Source: Tricharina praecox
Lineage: Eukaryota
DNA: 64,000 nt
Direction of reading: 5' to 3'
Assembly: GCF_024521635.1 (NCBI RefSeq)
Contig: NW_026250439.1
Coordinates: forward strand, 62,001 to 126,000
Under the pieces are notes generated by a model that made no database searches, was not told the DNA's origin, and was given only the letters and a program-made list of their open reading frames with translations. This document shows, piece by piece, positions 49,964 to 61,883 of the stretch. Within the stretch, counting starts at the first letter, position 1. Each line of letters starts with the position of its first letter. Position numbers and translations under genes: made by a program.

Positions 49964-51892
49964 TCACCGCCACCCTATTCCCGGCCATTCATCCTCCTCG
50001 TCGTCACTGTGCTCCTCTTCGTCGCCGTCGTCCTCTTCGTCCTCGTCATACTCGTCATCGTCATCGTCCTCACCATCCACGTCGTCCTCACTGTCCTCAT
50101 CGTTCTCGTCGTTGAAGCCCAGCCCCTGTGTCCGATCCGGCCCGACCTCCAGGCTCTCGATCTCCTCCCTCAACCTCGGGGAGAAATCCTCCTTAATCAC
50201 ATCCGCCTTATGGACGATCGACCTGCCTCTGGCCCTAGTCAGTTCAAACTCCGCCTTCAACTCCTGCAGCTTCCTGATCCTGCGTTAATCCTCCCTCGTG
50301 AGGGTAAGAAGCGGGGATTTCGCATCCAAACGCTGCAATCGGTTCGGAGAGCTACGGGTGTCCGGCGCGGAGTCGAAGACTGCTGGGGCCCGGAGGAGAC
50401 CTTTCGCTGGCCGGGTGTGCGTGGGCGGCGGGACGTAGGAGCGGGAAGTCACCATCCGCGTGTACGAGGGTGTGGGCTTCGGACGCCGAGCGGGTGCGGG
50501 TGCGGGTGCGGGTGACGGCGGCATGTACTCGAGACCACTGCGCGCGAGTGGGCGAGCTCGCCATCTGCAGGCGGCGGGGAGTTGGTGTACCTCGGACGGG
50601 CTATCCGGTGCCGCAAAGGTATACACCTTCTTGGAGGTCCTGGTGCCGCGTTCCTCGACGTTCGTCGCTGCAGCGTCCTTCGTCATCTCCGACCTCCATC
50701 TCTGGCGTGCAATCGTTGCATCCAGCCTCTCCTTGGACGTATCCGTGCCAGGGCCGCTCTCCTGTCCCGCCAGCTTCTCCTTTCGCAGGAACTTCGAATC
50801 CTCAACACGTGCTCTATTCACAGCCGTGGCTGCGAACGGAACAAGTGTTGGATCGTTCGTAAATCGTACTCGTCGATTATCCGGCTCTACTAGAGAGCCT
50901 GTGGAGTCAGAACTGCTCCGTCGCCGTTTCCTCGACAGACTGAAGTCGGACCCGGACCCCAAGCCCGATCTCGGTGGGAGGATAGCGGGCTTTGCTCCCA
51001 ATGCGACCACTGCATTGGTTACTAGCGCGAGCGGGGAAGGCGTAACTCTTTTTCCTCTTCTGCGGTCGTCGACGGTTTCGGTCTCCGCTGCATCCACGAA
51101 TCTGGCATGCGAGCTCAAGCTTTGTCTCGTGCTGGGAGACAACATCTTCTTCCTCTCTAGTCTCAATCTTCGCCTGCTTTGAGCTCGCGCCACCTCTTCG
51201 GATCGCCGCCTCTGCTTCCCAACCTTCTTGTTGAGTCTCTCCCTGAAGGCATCGAGCCTCGTCTTAAAATCGTCCCTGTCACGGTTCCGTTCGCGTCCCA
51301 CAATCCCCCCGGACCACCGCCGCCTCTCTGTTTCAATCTTCGTATTGAAACCCTGCTTCAATACACCCGTGCTAGGGTTGCGTCCGCGTGCCATCAGCTT
51401 CTCGGATAGTCGTGATATCGTCTCCTTGAGCTCCTTCAAATCCGCCGTCTCGTTGGACTCCTTCTCGTTCGATTCATTCGACTCCTTGGAGTCCTTCGTC
51501 TCCTTCGATCCAATTTCATTGGACTCCTTGGAATCCTTGGTCTGCTTCAACTCCCTGAGCTGCTTCGACCCCCCCTTCAACTCCGTCGAAATATTCAGAT
51601 CGGTGGCTGGGGCAGGAGTGAGTGGGGTATCGTTTGTCAATCGCAACCTTCGACTACTCGGCCCTTCAGGAGATGGGTTGTTTGTGTCTATGTCCTTCGC
51701 GTCAGAGCTGCTGCGTCTCCGTTTCTTCAACCGAAGGGTGTCAGATCCAGATCTCATACCAAATCTCGGTAAGGCAATGGCAGCGGGCTTGGTTTTCGGT
51801 GTGGCGACGTTGTTAGTTACTGACGCGAGTGGCGAACGCGTAGCTTTCGGTTGTTTCTCGTTGCCGTCTGGACCGTGTTTACCCATCTCCAT
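49964..51892 (-). CDS. Orphan basic low-complexity protein (535 aa to the TAA at 50285-50287; the frame continues to 49964 with an acidic tail)
   Basis: Long ORF with an internal ~75-aa duplication and NLS-like KKRRR/RKRRR motifs. No family recognised. Confidence 0.65.
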
Positions 51893-52816
51893 GATGCGTG
51901 GTTTATCCGTCGTTCGTCGTGGTTAGCTATCAGTGACTGAAGCGTGGTGAGAAAGATGTGTGGTGGTGGAAGCAGGAGTTGGGAGGCCGTGGTGTGTGGG
52001 GAGAGAGGAAGAGGAGAGGTGGGAGGAGAGGTGGGAGGAGAGGAAGTGAAGCGGTGTTATCGCTAAAGGTCATCAGCTACTCCAGGGCGTTGTTTCCGAG
52101 CCAAGGGCTAGAGGCCGAGTGACAGCCAATGTCTAGCCGTATCCACGTGAAGTCACATTTATTTATTTATTTATTCTTCATACAGCTTAGAGCCCTAAGG
52201 CTATGGCCGGTACAGAAACGAAAATCACCAACCAACAGCAAAACAGAAACAGGTATGCAAAGCAGAAAGCGAAAACCCGACAAAGAAAATCCTCCACCCG
52301 GCCACCAGCCGCCCTCCTTCCCCATTTCCGTGCTCAGTTGTGTAAAGAAATTCGTGCGATGGTGGAAAACCCTTCCGAGTTCTCGGCGTTGCTGTTTTTG
52401 TTGTTTCGTGGTCGTCGTGGTCCTGGCCGTGTGCCTGGGCTCTCCCCCTAGAGTTCACCCTTTCCTCCCCTCTTCCCCGCCGACAAATAAACGACCCCCC
52501 TCCTCTCTCCCTCCTCCACTTCACCCCCTCACGTGAAGCCACATCGCTCAACGCTAGACATCACCTCATCGCGCAAGCAACTTCAAGATCGTCGACAATC
52601 AGCGGCTCTACCGAACATCATGTACCTACTCTACTCTTTGCCTCTTCGACGTCCATTTAGGAACTCGCCAATCCATCGGTCAACCTAGTACGCAGTCGGG
52701 ACCTAGAAACAGACGAGTGAGCGATGCTGATTCCTATCTCAACCTCATGCCACTAAGCATGATATGTGGTTTGCTCGCATGCAGCATATTAATGGATTAA
52801 AACCTTGCCCCCTTGA

Positions 52817-53108
52817 AGTTTGTCAGGACACCACGATGCGAATGCACTCTGGAGAAAGTCTTCGGGACTCGGTCTACCCCTTTCCCTTTTCCCTGTACCG
52901 TTGCTTTCTTTCGGTTTGCCGACCCGCTCCTCGCCACCTGGCTCGACCTGCTCTGGCATTGGCAATACTTCGGAGAAGGCCCGGCTAGCGGCTCGGCCTG
53001 CTCTCGCATTGCCAATGCTACAGAGATGGTTTAAATTTGCCAGGACACTACGATGCGAAGGCACGCTGGAGAAAGTCTTCGGGATTCGGCCCACACCTTC
53101 CCCTTTTC
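52817..53108. repeat. Local degenerate direct duplications
   Basis: 52817-52890 resembles 53035-53108, and two ~49-bp units lie between them. Confidence 0.7.
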
Positions 53109-56100
53109 TTGCTTTCTTTCGACTCTCTTCACTCCTTTCCCTTTGCCTCGTCCCGGCTGCAGAACCTTCCAGCTCTGGCTACACATACCCGCTCCATTTT
53201 ACCTAGCACACGAGGGAGTACAGGGTGAGGAAGAACTTACCATTCTTTCTCCCTGACCTTCGACGGTAAATTAGAAATCGCTGACTCTATGCTGAAATCA
53301 TAGGTTCACATGTGCTGGAGGATTCTGGATTTATTTCGGTTCGTTGTTTGGAGGATACGGGGGCTAGTTGGAATTTGGTTTTTTCTTCTTTTGTATCTAG
53401 TAATGGACTAATATCTTGTTTAACTCTAGCCACACCACGATTGGCAGAGTGCCGTGTGATTCTCCTACGGTATCATGCTAAGATTTATTCACGTAAACGC
53501 ACTCGTTGCTCGCTGGGTTGGCGGAGCGTGGCATTTTGTAGCACGGAAAAAATACCTTCGTGAGGTAGTGGTGAAGGCCACAGCACTAGGTAGCGTATCC
53601 AGCGGGAGAGGATTGGTTACCAGCTCAACACCGGCGGAATTGCTGATGTTTCCAAGCCACCCACCAAGGGTGGTGAAGGTTTTTGTTTTTTTGTTTAATC
53701 ATTAATTGCATGCAACGCACCTAGGTAGGTAGCTAGATCATGGCAATACACCCACACACTTCGTTTCCATGCCACGTGACATTCTGCAGGAGAACCTACA
53801 GCACCTCCCTTTCCTGCGGTTTGGAACTTGGAAGTAGAGCTGCACGACCCTGGTGCGTTTGCAGCTCCAGGGGCCACGATAGACGAGCCCACCAAGTGTC
53901 TCACCCTTCTCTCTACTACAAGTAACGATTCCGCATAGCCCGGGTATCACCCGAACTACCACCCTACTGCACAGCTACGAGATTAAAAGACGTGATACCC
54001 ATTTCTCAGGCACAGAAACGTCCCAGTACGACATCTACGGCTCAAAACATGACGGACCGATACGGAAGCGGGGCTTCATGGGAAGATACTGGTTCGCAAG
54101 ACACCAGCCGACACCAGCGGACACCAGCCGACACCGGCGAGTGATGGCAGTGTACGAGTGAGTGGGCGTGATTGTGGCGCAGTGCGACGCATGGCGGCTG
54201 TGCCGAGCACATATATGTGCGGAGAGGGGCAGGGCAGGGCGAGGGCTGTGCGACTGCAGTGGACGTGTGGAGACTTCGTCACTTTGCTCTGGTGAGTTGT
54301 TGGGAGGGGATCGTCCAAGACGGAAGATGGGCACGTGTGGGAGCTGGACTGGGTGAAGGTAGGACCTTAGGTAGGGCAGGACTTAGGAGATGGTTGCGCG
54401 CACGACAACTGAATATCGGCACTACCCCCCTCGGTTGCATACTCGATTGACAACACACTAGGTTTCGGTAGAAGTTGCTGTGGGATGGACCAACGACGAT
54501 GCGCAGTTGGCGTTGTTGTTTTAGTCGTCTGTGGGCGCAAACACCTGACCCACTGCACACTGCGCACGAGTGCGCACCAAACAATCCGAACTACTCCAGT
54601 AGGCAGCAAGATAGTGACGTGTCAAGAACTCGCTGCTCGTAGTTCGCCTCAGGTTCGGTGGTAACCTCGTTGCGGACGCCTCAGGGATTCAGGCTGCTCA
54701 GCAGTGAGGATGGGGCAGTGGATGGGATTTTGACCTATCCGGCTCCGAGTCTGCCATCATAATAGAGCGGGGTTTGGGTATCGTGTTCAGCAGAGAGGGG
54801 AGAGAGAGAAAGAGAGACATTCGGATTATTTTCGCAGACGGACTTTGCAGAATAGACTATGGCAACCACACAAGTGTCCTTTCCTGTCAGCTCCGCGGCG
54901 GTGGAGAGAAAGCGCCATTTCCACGGCCCGAAGTTGCTGCACCACTCGATCTCAGGAGAGGGAGTTTATGATCTGCCCAACCATGTATCTGTGAGTTTTA
55001 GATCATGATGAAAGTTTGCATTTAAATCTCATTGCCATAATGAGATACGGCCGAATGCAAAACGATGAAACATAAAAGACACCCACCCTTTTATTCTGTG
55101 TTACCTTGAAGGTGTAGTGCTGCTCTTGAACAGTTGACATAGCCCCCACCTCTGTCAGAATTACGAATATGTCTGTACAAATTTAACCACACTTTCACTA
55201 TTCCTCTGTGGTGCCCAACGATTTGCTCGCCAATATGGAGGCGGGAAGAGGCATTGGCAGAAGAGCCCCTCGTCAAAACACCATTGGTTCTGCATTGCTT
55301 GCTTGCCAGTTCTCTGCTTGCTGTTTCTCTGTTTTTGATTTCTCCAATTGGCCCGATAGTCGAAGCGAGGACGGTGGAGCACAGCCAACAGCAGACGGAT
55401 CGAACGACCTAGATTAAGGTGCTTACTCGGCAGTGTTATTCTGGGAGACGACGCGCTGTGCCTCGTCGCTACACGCTGGGATGATCAAGGCGGTAGGGTT
55501 GGTCCGCATCGTGCCACTTGGCCACGAGTGTATATATTCAAAGAGCACTGCCCCCACGCTCCATGAGTGCCATCATACGGCGTTGTATTTGAGGACAACA
55601 AGGCACCTCATAGAGTCCGGCCAATACACAAAGTCTCCTCCGCAGCTTGTGAGAGAGGATGACTGTTCGGTCAGCACACCACCCTCCGCCGGCTTGCCCG
55701 GATTCTTCCTCTTCCATCATACTCCTCCAGAGGACCTTTGCCTAGGCTGGACTCACTGAAGCCGATTCTCGCCATTTTGGGACTGTGGAATGGCTGTTAT
55801 ACGAATCAGGACCATCCACATCCCTCAGATGAGATCAAGTAGAGTTCAGAGGCGGTGATGGGAGATGTATCATTTTGTCCGAGCATATACTAAATAAAAA
55901 TCAGCAGGGTAAAATCATAGCAGTAGTGTAGTATCCAAATACCATTCATTAGTGATCCACCGCAAGGCTCGCGTTCTGATTCGATGGTGATGCGTGGCGC
56001 GGCCATGTCCCCGTCAATTCTATCGATTTGAGCCGTTCAAACACCATCTCCCGCCATATTTCCACACCACGTATCTCTCCAGGTGCAGTGCCCCGCTCGC

Positions 56101-56650
56101 CATCGCCCCACGGCCATCCACCCTGCTCACCTCCGAAAAAACTCTTGGCTTAGGACGGGCACATCGACAACGCACAGACACAACCCAAAATATCGCAGGC
56201 CAGGCAACCCTTGCTGAGGAGGTACCTAAGTATTTACTTATGCAAACCCATAAAACCGTCTTAACTCCCTGCTCCCTGCTCAACACTCCCGCCGAGGGCT
56301 CGCCTTCATCACCACCTCACAGTGATACATATCCCCAACCACATTTGCAGTCAAAGGTGAGCAGCCTGCTTCCTACTGTACGCAACTACTCTTCTCACAT
56401 CGTATAGGTGCGCGCATACGAGCATACACTTTGAAACATACACACGTTACGACAGAGTTGCAACTATCTTCTACCACAAAAGACCACAATACGGAAGACG
56501 ATTCCAAGCCCGGAAAAAAGCATCAACCCTACGGCGCATGCCTCCGGGCCCGTTCGGCTGCCTCACGAAGCATCAAATCTAACCTGCCACCATCGACTCT
56601 GAGTGCCGGCTTTGCTCTCTTTCATCCCCGCTCAGATTGCTGCCGTTACA

Positions 56651-57151
56651 ATGTCCGTTCCGAATATTACAAGTATGCATACGAGCCACCCACTGCAACC
56701 GTTTCTTCGATCCATCCAGCGAACTTAGCCTCTAATGTAATATAGTTCCCGTCGGCGATGTGGTGCAGATAGTCCTTTCGGCCTGCACGCTGGCCGTGAT
56801 GATCCTCAACCTGGCATATAAGATTCTCTCGCAGTCGGCGCGGGCAAAGGTACGTACTCGGAGGTCGGATAGTAGGCCCCATGTTTCTCGCAGCAGCTAA
56901 CACAACCCCAGCCCACCGCCGACTTCGACGTCGAGAACGCCGTCGCGGGAAGCGCCGACGCCACCGACCGGAAATTCCCGTCCATCGGACGGCAGCTGAC
57001 GCGTTACCTCCGCACGTACTCCGAGCTGCTGCTCGATTTCCACCGGCACACCGTGGTCGACGGCGCTTACCGGCTGCGCCGCAGCCTATCGGACGTGCTG
57101 CTTACTGGCGGTAAGGAGGCGGCTGCAGCTCCTCCTTGCCGCGCCGCTTAG
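56651..57151 (+). CDS. Small single-TM protein family, member 3 (121 aa; exons 56651-56672, 56746-56849, 56912-57151)
   Basis: Introns GTATGC...TCTAAT...TAG and GTACGT...GCTAAC...CAG give an open frame MSVPNITIPVGDVVQIVLSACTLAVMILNLAYKILSQSARAKPTADFDVENAVAG... Confidence 0.8.
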
Positions 57152-57193
57152 ATCCGCCGACGTCGCTTCACTGTCGCTATGCGAAATCAGCTG

Positions 57194-57268
57194 TTACGAA
57201 TTATACGAATTTACGAATTATACGAATTTACGAATTATACGAATTTACGAATTATACGAATTTACGAA
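57194..57268. repeat. 17-bp minisatellite (TTACGAATTATACGAAT) x4.4
   Basis: Perfect tandem units with no spacers. Confidence 0.95.
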
Positions 57269-60200
57269 ATCAACTTCTCTTTATTATTCGCTCTCAATTG
57301 TATTCCGCTTTCCTGGCTCTTGAGAGATTTCCTTTGTCCTACTCGGACGTTGTTGTTGGGTTGGAGAAGGTGTCGGTGGCCGCAACTAGGGGTTGTGCGG
57401 CCGGTGGGTGGGTGAGTGGGTGCGTGGCCGGTGGGTGGGTGATGGCGAGGATTTCTAGTGTTCCTGAAGAACCGGGCCGGAGGAGCAGCTTCCGTCTCGT
57501 CCCGTAATGTATAGGCGAGGGTCATGGAAAGACTCGAGGAGATCACTGGAGCAGATACAGATACCGAGGTGCTGGAGGAGTTGTGGGAATGGGGGGGGGG
57601 GTAGGTTTTTTGTTTTCTTTTTGTTTGTTTTGGCCGTGGGGAGGAAGGGAGTGGGATGGGATTATTGTCTCGTGCGCAGCCTCGAGCTGGCCACAACACA
57701 TTGGGTAACATACGTACTTTTTGCGCCCGGGTGTGGCAGCCGGATGAATGATGGATCATGGATGATGGATGGAGGAAGACTGTAAACTGTATCAGTAGTC
57801 CTAGTAGTGTACGTAACGCGACGGCCAATAGGCTCGGGAGTCGGCATGCACTACGTCTGGAATGCAAAAGTTCTTGCTTCTTCACAGTTCATTGAGTATA
57901 GTGCGTCTCTTGCATTAGTGATACACGGCTATTCGCTATAGTTAGTAGTACCATGGCGGAATCTCCAGCCGGCCGCAAAATAGACTATTCACTGAGAGAT
58001 GCGGATTTCTTATCACCGCACATGCCTCTATGAAGTTGCAATCCCCCCTTCGGCCCGTCCACCTCCAGATTCCATTGAAGACAACAGTGAAGTTTGTAAG
58101 ATCTTTCATTCCCTAACTAGAGAATGTTCTTGATGATTCTCTCTGGCTCTTTGCAAGGAGCACCGTTCTTCTTGCTGGCGGTGACCTCGGCTGTCTTGGG
58201 CGGCAGTGCAGGGGAGATGGAGCGGCTCCTGGTGGCCGAATCGGAGCGGCGACGGTAGGATTTTTCGGTGGTTGTGTGCTTGGTGGTGGAAGGCTGGACC
58301 TGGCAGCGGCGACCACAGATCTCTTCATTAGAGACAGTATTCTTGTCCTTAGTAGTGACACCGACAGCTTTCGCATTGGTGATAAAATTCTCTTTGGTGA
58401 CAGCGTTGTCTTTGGTAATAAGTTGTTGAAAGAAGTGGTCGAGAATTTCTTGCGAAGGGATGAAGTTGTGCTGAACTTGCTATGAAGTGAAGAAGTAAGG
58501 AAGGAAGGAGAGAGGGAGAGAGGGGAAAAGGGAGGGCGAGGGCGCTTGTCTCGGAGATGGTTCAGGCTAGACAGCGAGGTAGAGCCCTAAACATTCCATC
58601 ACTCGACAAATTGTAATCTCATCACTACTTGCATTAGCGATTGACCCTGATAGCGACGCAGCAACTAGCCGACGGCGATATGGCTAGCTAGAAAATGTCG
58701 TGTTTATGATCGCCATAGTCTAGAGAGGCCGTATGTGACGATAAATTGATCTTCTCTCTCTCTCTCGAACTTTGACATGAATTGCCATGATCTAGAGGGA
58801 TATTGAGGAACAAGATGATGAAACCAAGTAGTTCCGACAGTAATGTAGTGGACTAAACATCAGAGGTAAGTTACGATGAACGGATGCTTCTAATATCGAA
58901 CGACCTAGCAAGCAGGCGCCGAGTCCTCGCATCGACGCGCATCCCGCATAGCTATCTCGTTGTTTGCGTACCTACCATAGATAAACAATTTATACCAGCA
59001 GCAGCAGATCTTTTGTCACCGGCAGCTACGAGCAACTGCCGGAGCTAAACCAGCGCGGTAGTTGTGTGAGAATGTTTGTGAGTGCAGTCGCTGGGGAGGA
59101 CGGGATAAATTGTCGTTGTCATTGCTCGCGGTGTTAGTTTTGTTTGATCGTCATCATAATTTATTCAGCCTACCTGAGACCATGACTGCCTAGGTGCATT
59201 TTTGCTCTTCCTCTCCATGCAAACCGTGGCACTGTTCCAGGAGACAAGAAAGGCATACGTACAGAGATAATTACCTAGGGACAGGCGCTTGGGCAGTGTA
59301 CTACTATTTGCGGTTGTCAACGGCGAATGATACGTCAACTAAAGGATAACGATTGAATCGCTTTATCTCGTGTTTCGACTATTCCATTGCCGAGCATCTA
59401 CTGTGACCTGTAGAGTCAAATACGGATCTCGCAGTATTGTGCGGCAAATCATAATACACGACAAAATTGGGCAGGGGATTCCTAATAGTAGAGTACAACG
59501 TCCATAAAAGGAAGTGACAGCCGGTCAGTGGTCAGTGGTCATAGAACTCTGCCTCATTAGAGTAGATATCACTCGTCTCAGAAGTCGAAGTCCTTTCGAT
59601 CGTTCCGATATCAAACCCATACCCGCCCGTCGCGTGTGCTTCCGACCTCTATACTCTACTCTACACGTACACAGTGAGATAAAACCCGATGTTTTTGCCC
59701 GCCATCGATAGTCGCGACTCCCGGGTGGTTGGACAACTTACAAGCGACGCGAGTTCCCGACGTGTGTACGGCGGCTTGGCTGTTGTCAAGATAAAGTTGG
59801 CCGGGATCATGGTGGATATCCTCTACTTCATCTAGGGTGATCGACTAGCCGCTTAATGCCTGGAAGTCGAAGCTGGTTGTCGTCCGAAACAACTCAGGAA
59901 ATGCGCGGCCGTAGGACACAAGGAATCTTGAGTGGACTGCGATCGATGCCTGTATGTATCCTCCCAATTCCGCCCGACCGTAGTTAGGCGGCACACGTCT
60001 TCGGCTCTAATTACCAGATACAGGCAAGTGCAATCCACCGCACGCACGATCACTTGGGAGGCGGCAGACAATACTTTTCTTCCTGTTTCATTGATCTTGC
60101 TCGCGACGGTGTTGGGGATCATGCTCTGCCGGTCTGTAAGTAGAAATGAACCCGTGATAGCCGTGGACGTTGACCATCGAATCCGCCGCCCGCGTCAAGC

Positions 60201-60717
60201 GCCGAGGCCCGGGGCCCGGGGGTAGGGAGAGTGCGGTACCTCACAGGTCTGAGCTTTAAGCCTTTAACGGGCCTATGTACAACGCAGTCGTACGCTTCAC
60301 CGGAACTACGAAGTTGTCGCTATGTAGTTCGGCAGGTCTCGCTATCGAATATGGCGGTACCTATGCAGTAAGTAGCACTGCTGCACTGCCGCCTCGTCGC
60401 AGTGTCAGAACGTGCCACTTCGCAGAGCTCCGACATATTCGGAAGCGCGCGTAGCAAATCTCCAGCACGGAAAACCCCCGCGTGGCCGGCGGAGTTAGCT
60501 CGACAGCAGTACAGCTATTGGGGTTTCCAAGCCACCCACCGGACCGGGGGTAGTGAAGGTTTTTGCCATTTAGTTCGAGCCATGGTGAGGCTTTGGTTTT
60601 GGTTTTTGTTGGATCATCGTGAGATGAGGCCGTGGTGCTAAAGAGCATGGCGGTTTATATGGCGGTCACAGGCCGCTGGATACGAGATAGATACTGGTTC
60701 CTTATGGCTCGCCACCC

Positions 60718-61334
60718 CAGTGTTCTCTATCGTCCGGTCCGTGCGTCCTGGGCCCCGGATGAAGACGGACGGCGTGCCTTCCGTCCGTCCGTGCCTCGGA
60801 CATGACGGCCAAGGTTATTTCAGCGGACGGACCAGACGGACCGCCGTCGACGGCCGTCCTGCCGCCGTCTGACGCCAAGCCTTGAGAAAAATGAGATTTC
60901 GGGCGTGGACCTCAGGCGTGCGAGTCATAATACTACTTCTTTTCGTCGCAAGAGCGTCGGCATGACTAGACAATTTGTGCGCTGCACTATCTACTCTACG
61001 TCCTCCTCATCAGTCGCGTTAAGTATGTCCACACCAAAAGAGTAGTTAGTGTAGAGTGAGCATGGTAACATATGTCGCTATCCGTAAGTCATGACCAGCA
61101 ATTGCCAAAGGTCGTTGATCCCCATACAAAAGATATCATGGTTTCTCACTCGCCTATCTGCAAACGGCTAGTTTATGCTCCTATTGGGACGAGTGATCAG
61201 AGTATCATCATGTGATCTGGACGGTCGTCCTCCACCGTCGGACGAGGACCGAACCGTCCGTCCCAAGATCGGACGTGACGGAGAAATTTTGCAACCGTCC
61301 ATCCCAGGCTCGGACCGGACGATGGAGGACACTG
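60718..61334. mobile_element. Non-autonomous hAT-type element (MITE), 617 bp
   Basis: TIRs CAGTGTTCTCTATCGTCCGGTCCG / CGGACCGGACGATGGAGGACACTG, perfect 8-bp TSD CGCCACCC, many subterminal GGACGG/CCGTCC motifs. Confidence 0.93.
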
Positions 61335-61883
61335 CGCCACCCAGCCGTTCCCTTGAGTTGAACGTCCCCGCTCAGCCCTCCCTGCTCAATCCCAACTCCC
61401 CCCTTGACCCTCTCCATCATCCCCAGCTCGCAGCTCGAGTACCCCCGTTCAACCCACCCCGCGGAGATTATAGATCATCCGTTCCCAAGCGCGTAGCCAG
61501 AAACTCGCCATGATCGTAGTCTTTTTTTTTTGCGAGGGAAGAGTTTGGTTTGAGCACCAGCTCAATCCCGTGACTCATGTAGGTAGCTACTTAAGCAGAG
61601 TACTCTCAGTGTGAAGAAACCGTTCCATGGGGTTCCAACTCATCCCTCGGTGGGCTTCAGGAAATTCCACAAGCGGCCTCAATTCGTGCGTAAATACATT
61701 TAGACCCGAAAAGAAAAGAAAAAATGCATTAAGTACAGGTAAAAAAAAAGTAAAAAAAAAAGTAAAAAAAAAGGGCCCCAGCGCAGAAAACAACTCCAAA
61801 CCATCGCAAACCCGGATATAAGACATACAACGCAAACCCAAAGCAATCCGAAACTTGAAGCAAGTAATTGGTAGGTTGTAGCG

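Noticed and set aside
57194..57268. Regular repeat considered as a CRISPR array
   Set aside because: No spacers, eukaryotic context and no cas genes.
59856..60143. Possible small spliced gene, or a fourth TM-family member (LPVSLILLATVLGIML)
   Set aside because: The hydrophobic frame has no ATG and lacks the D-x-x-QI...AC motif; the spliced frame gives a featureless peptide.
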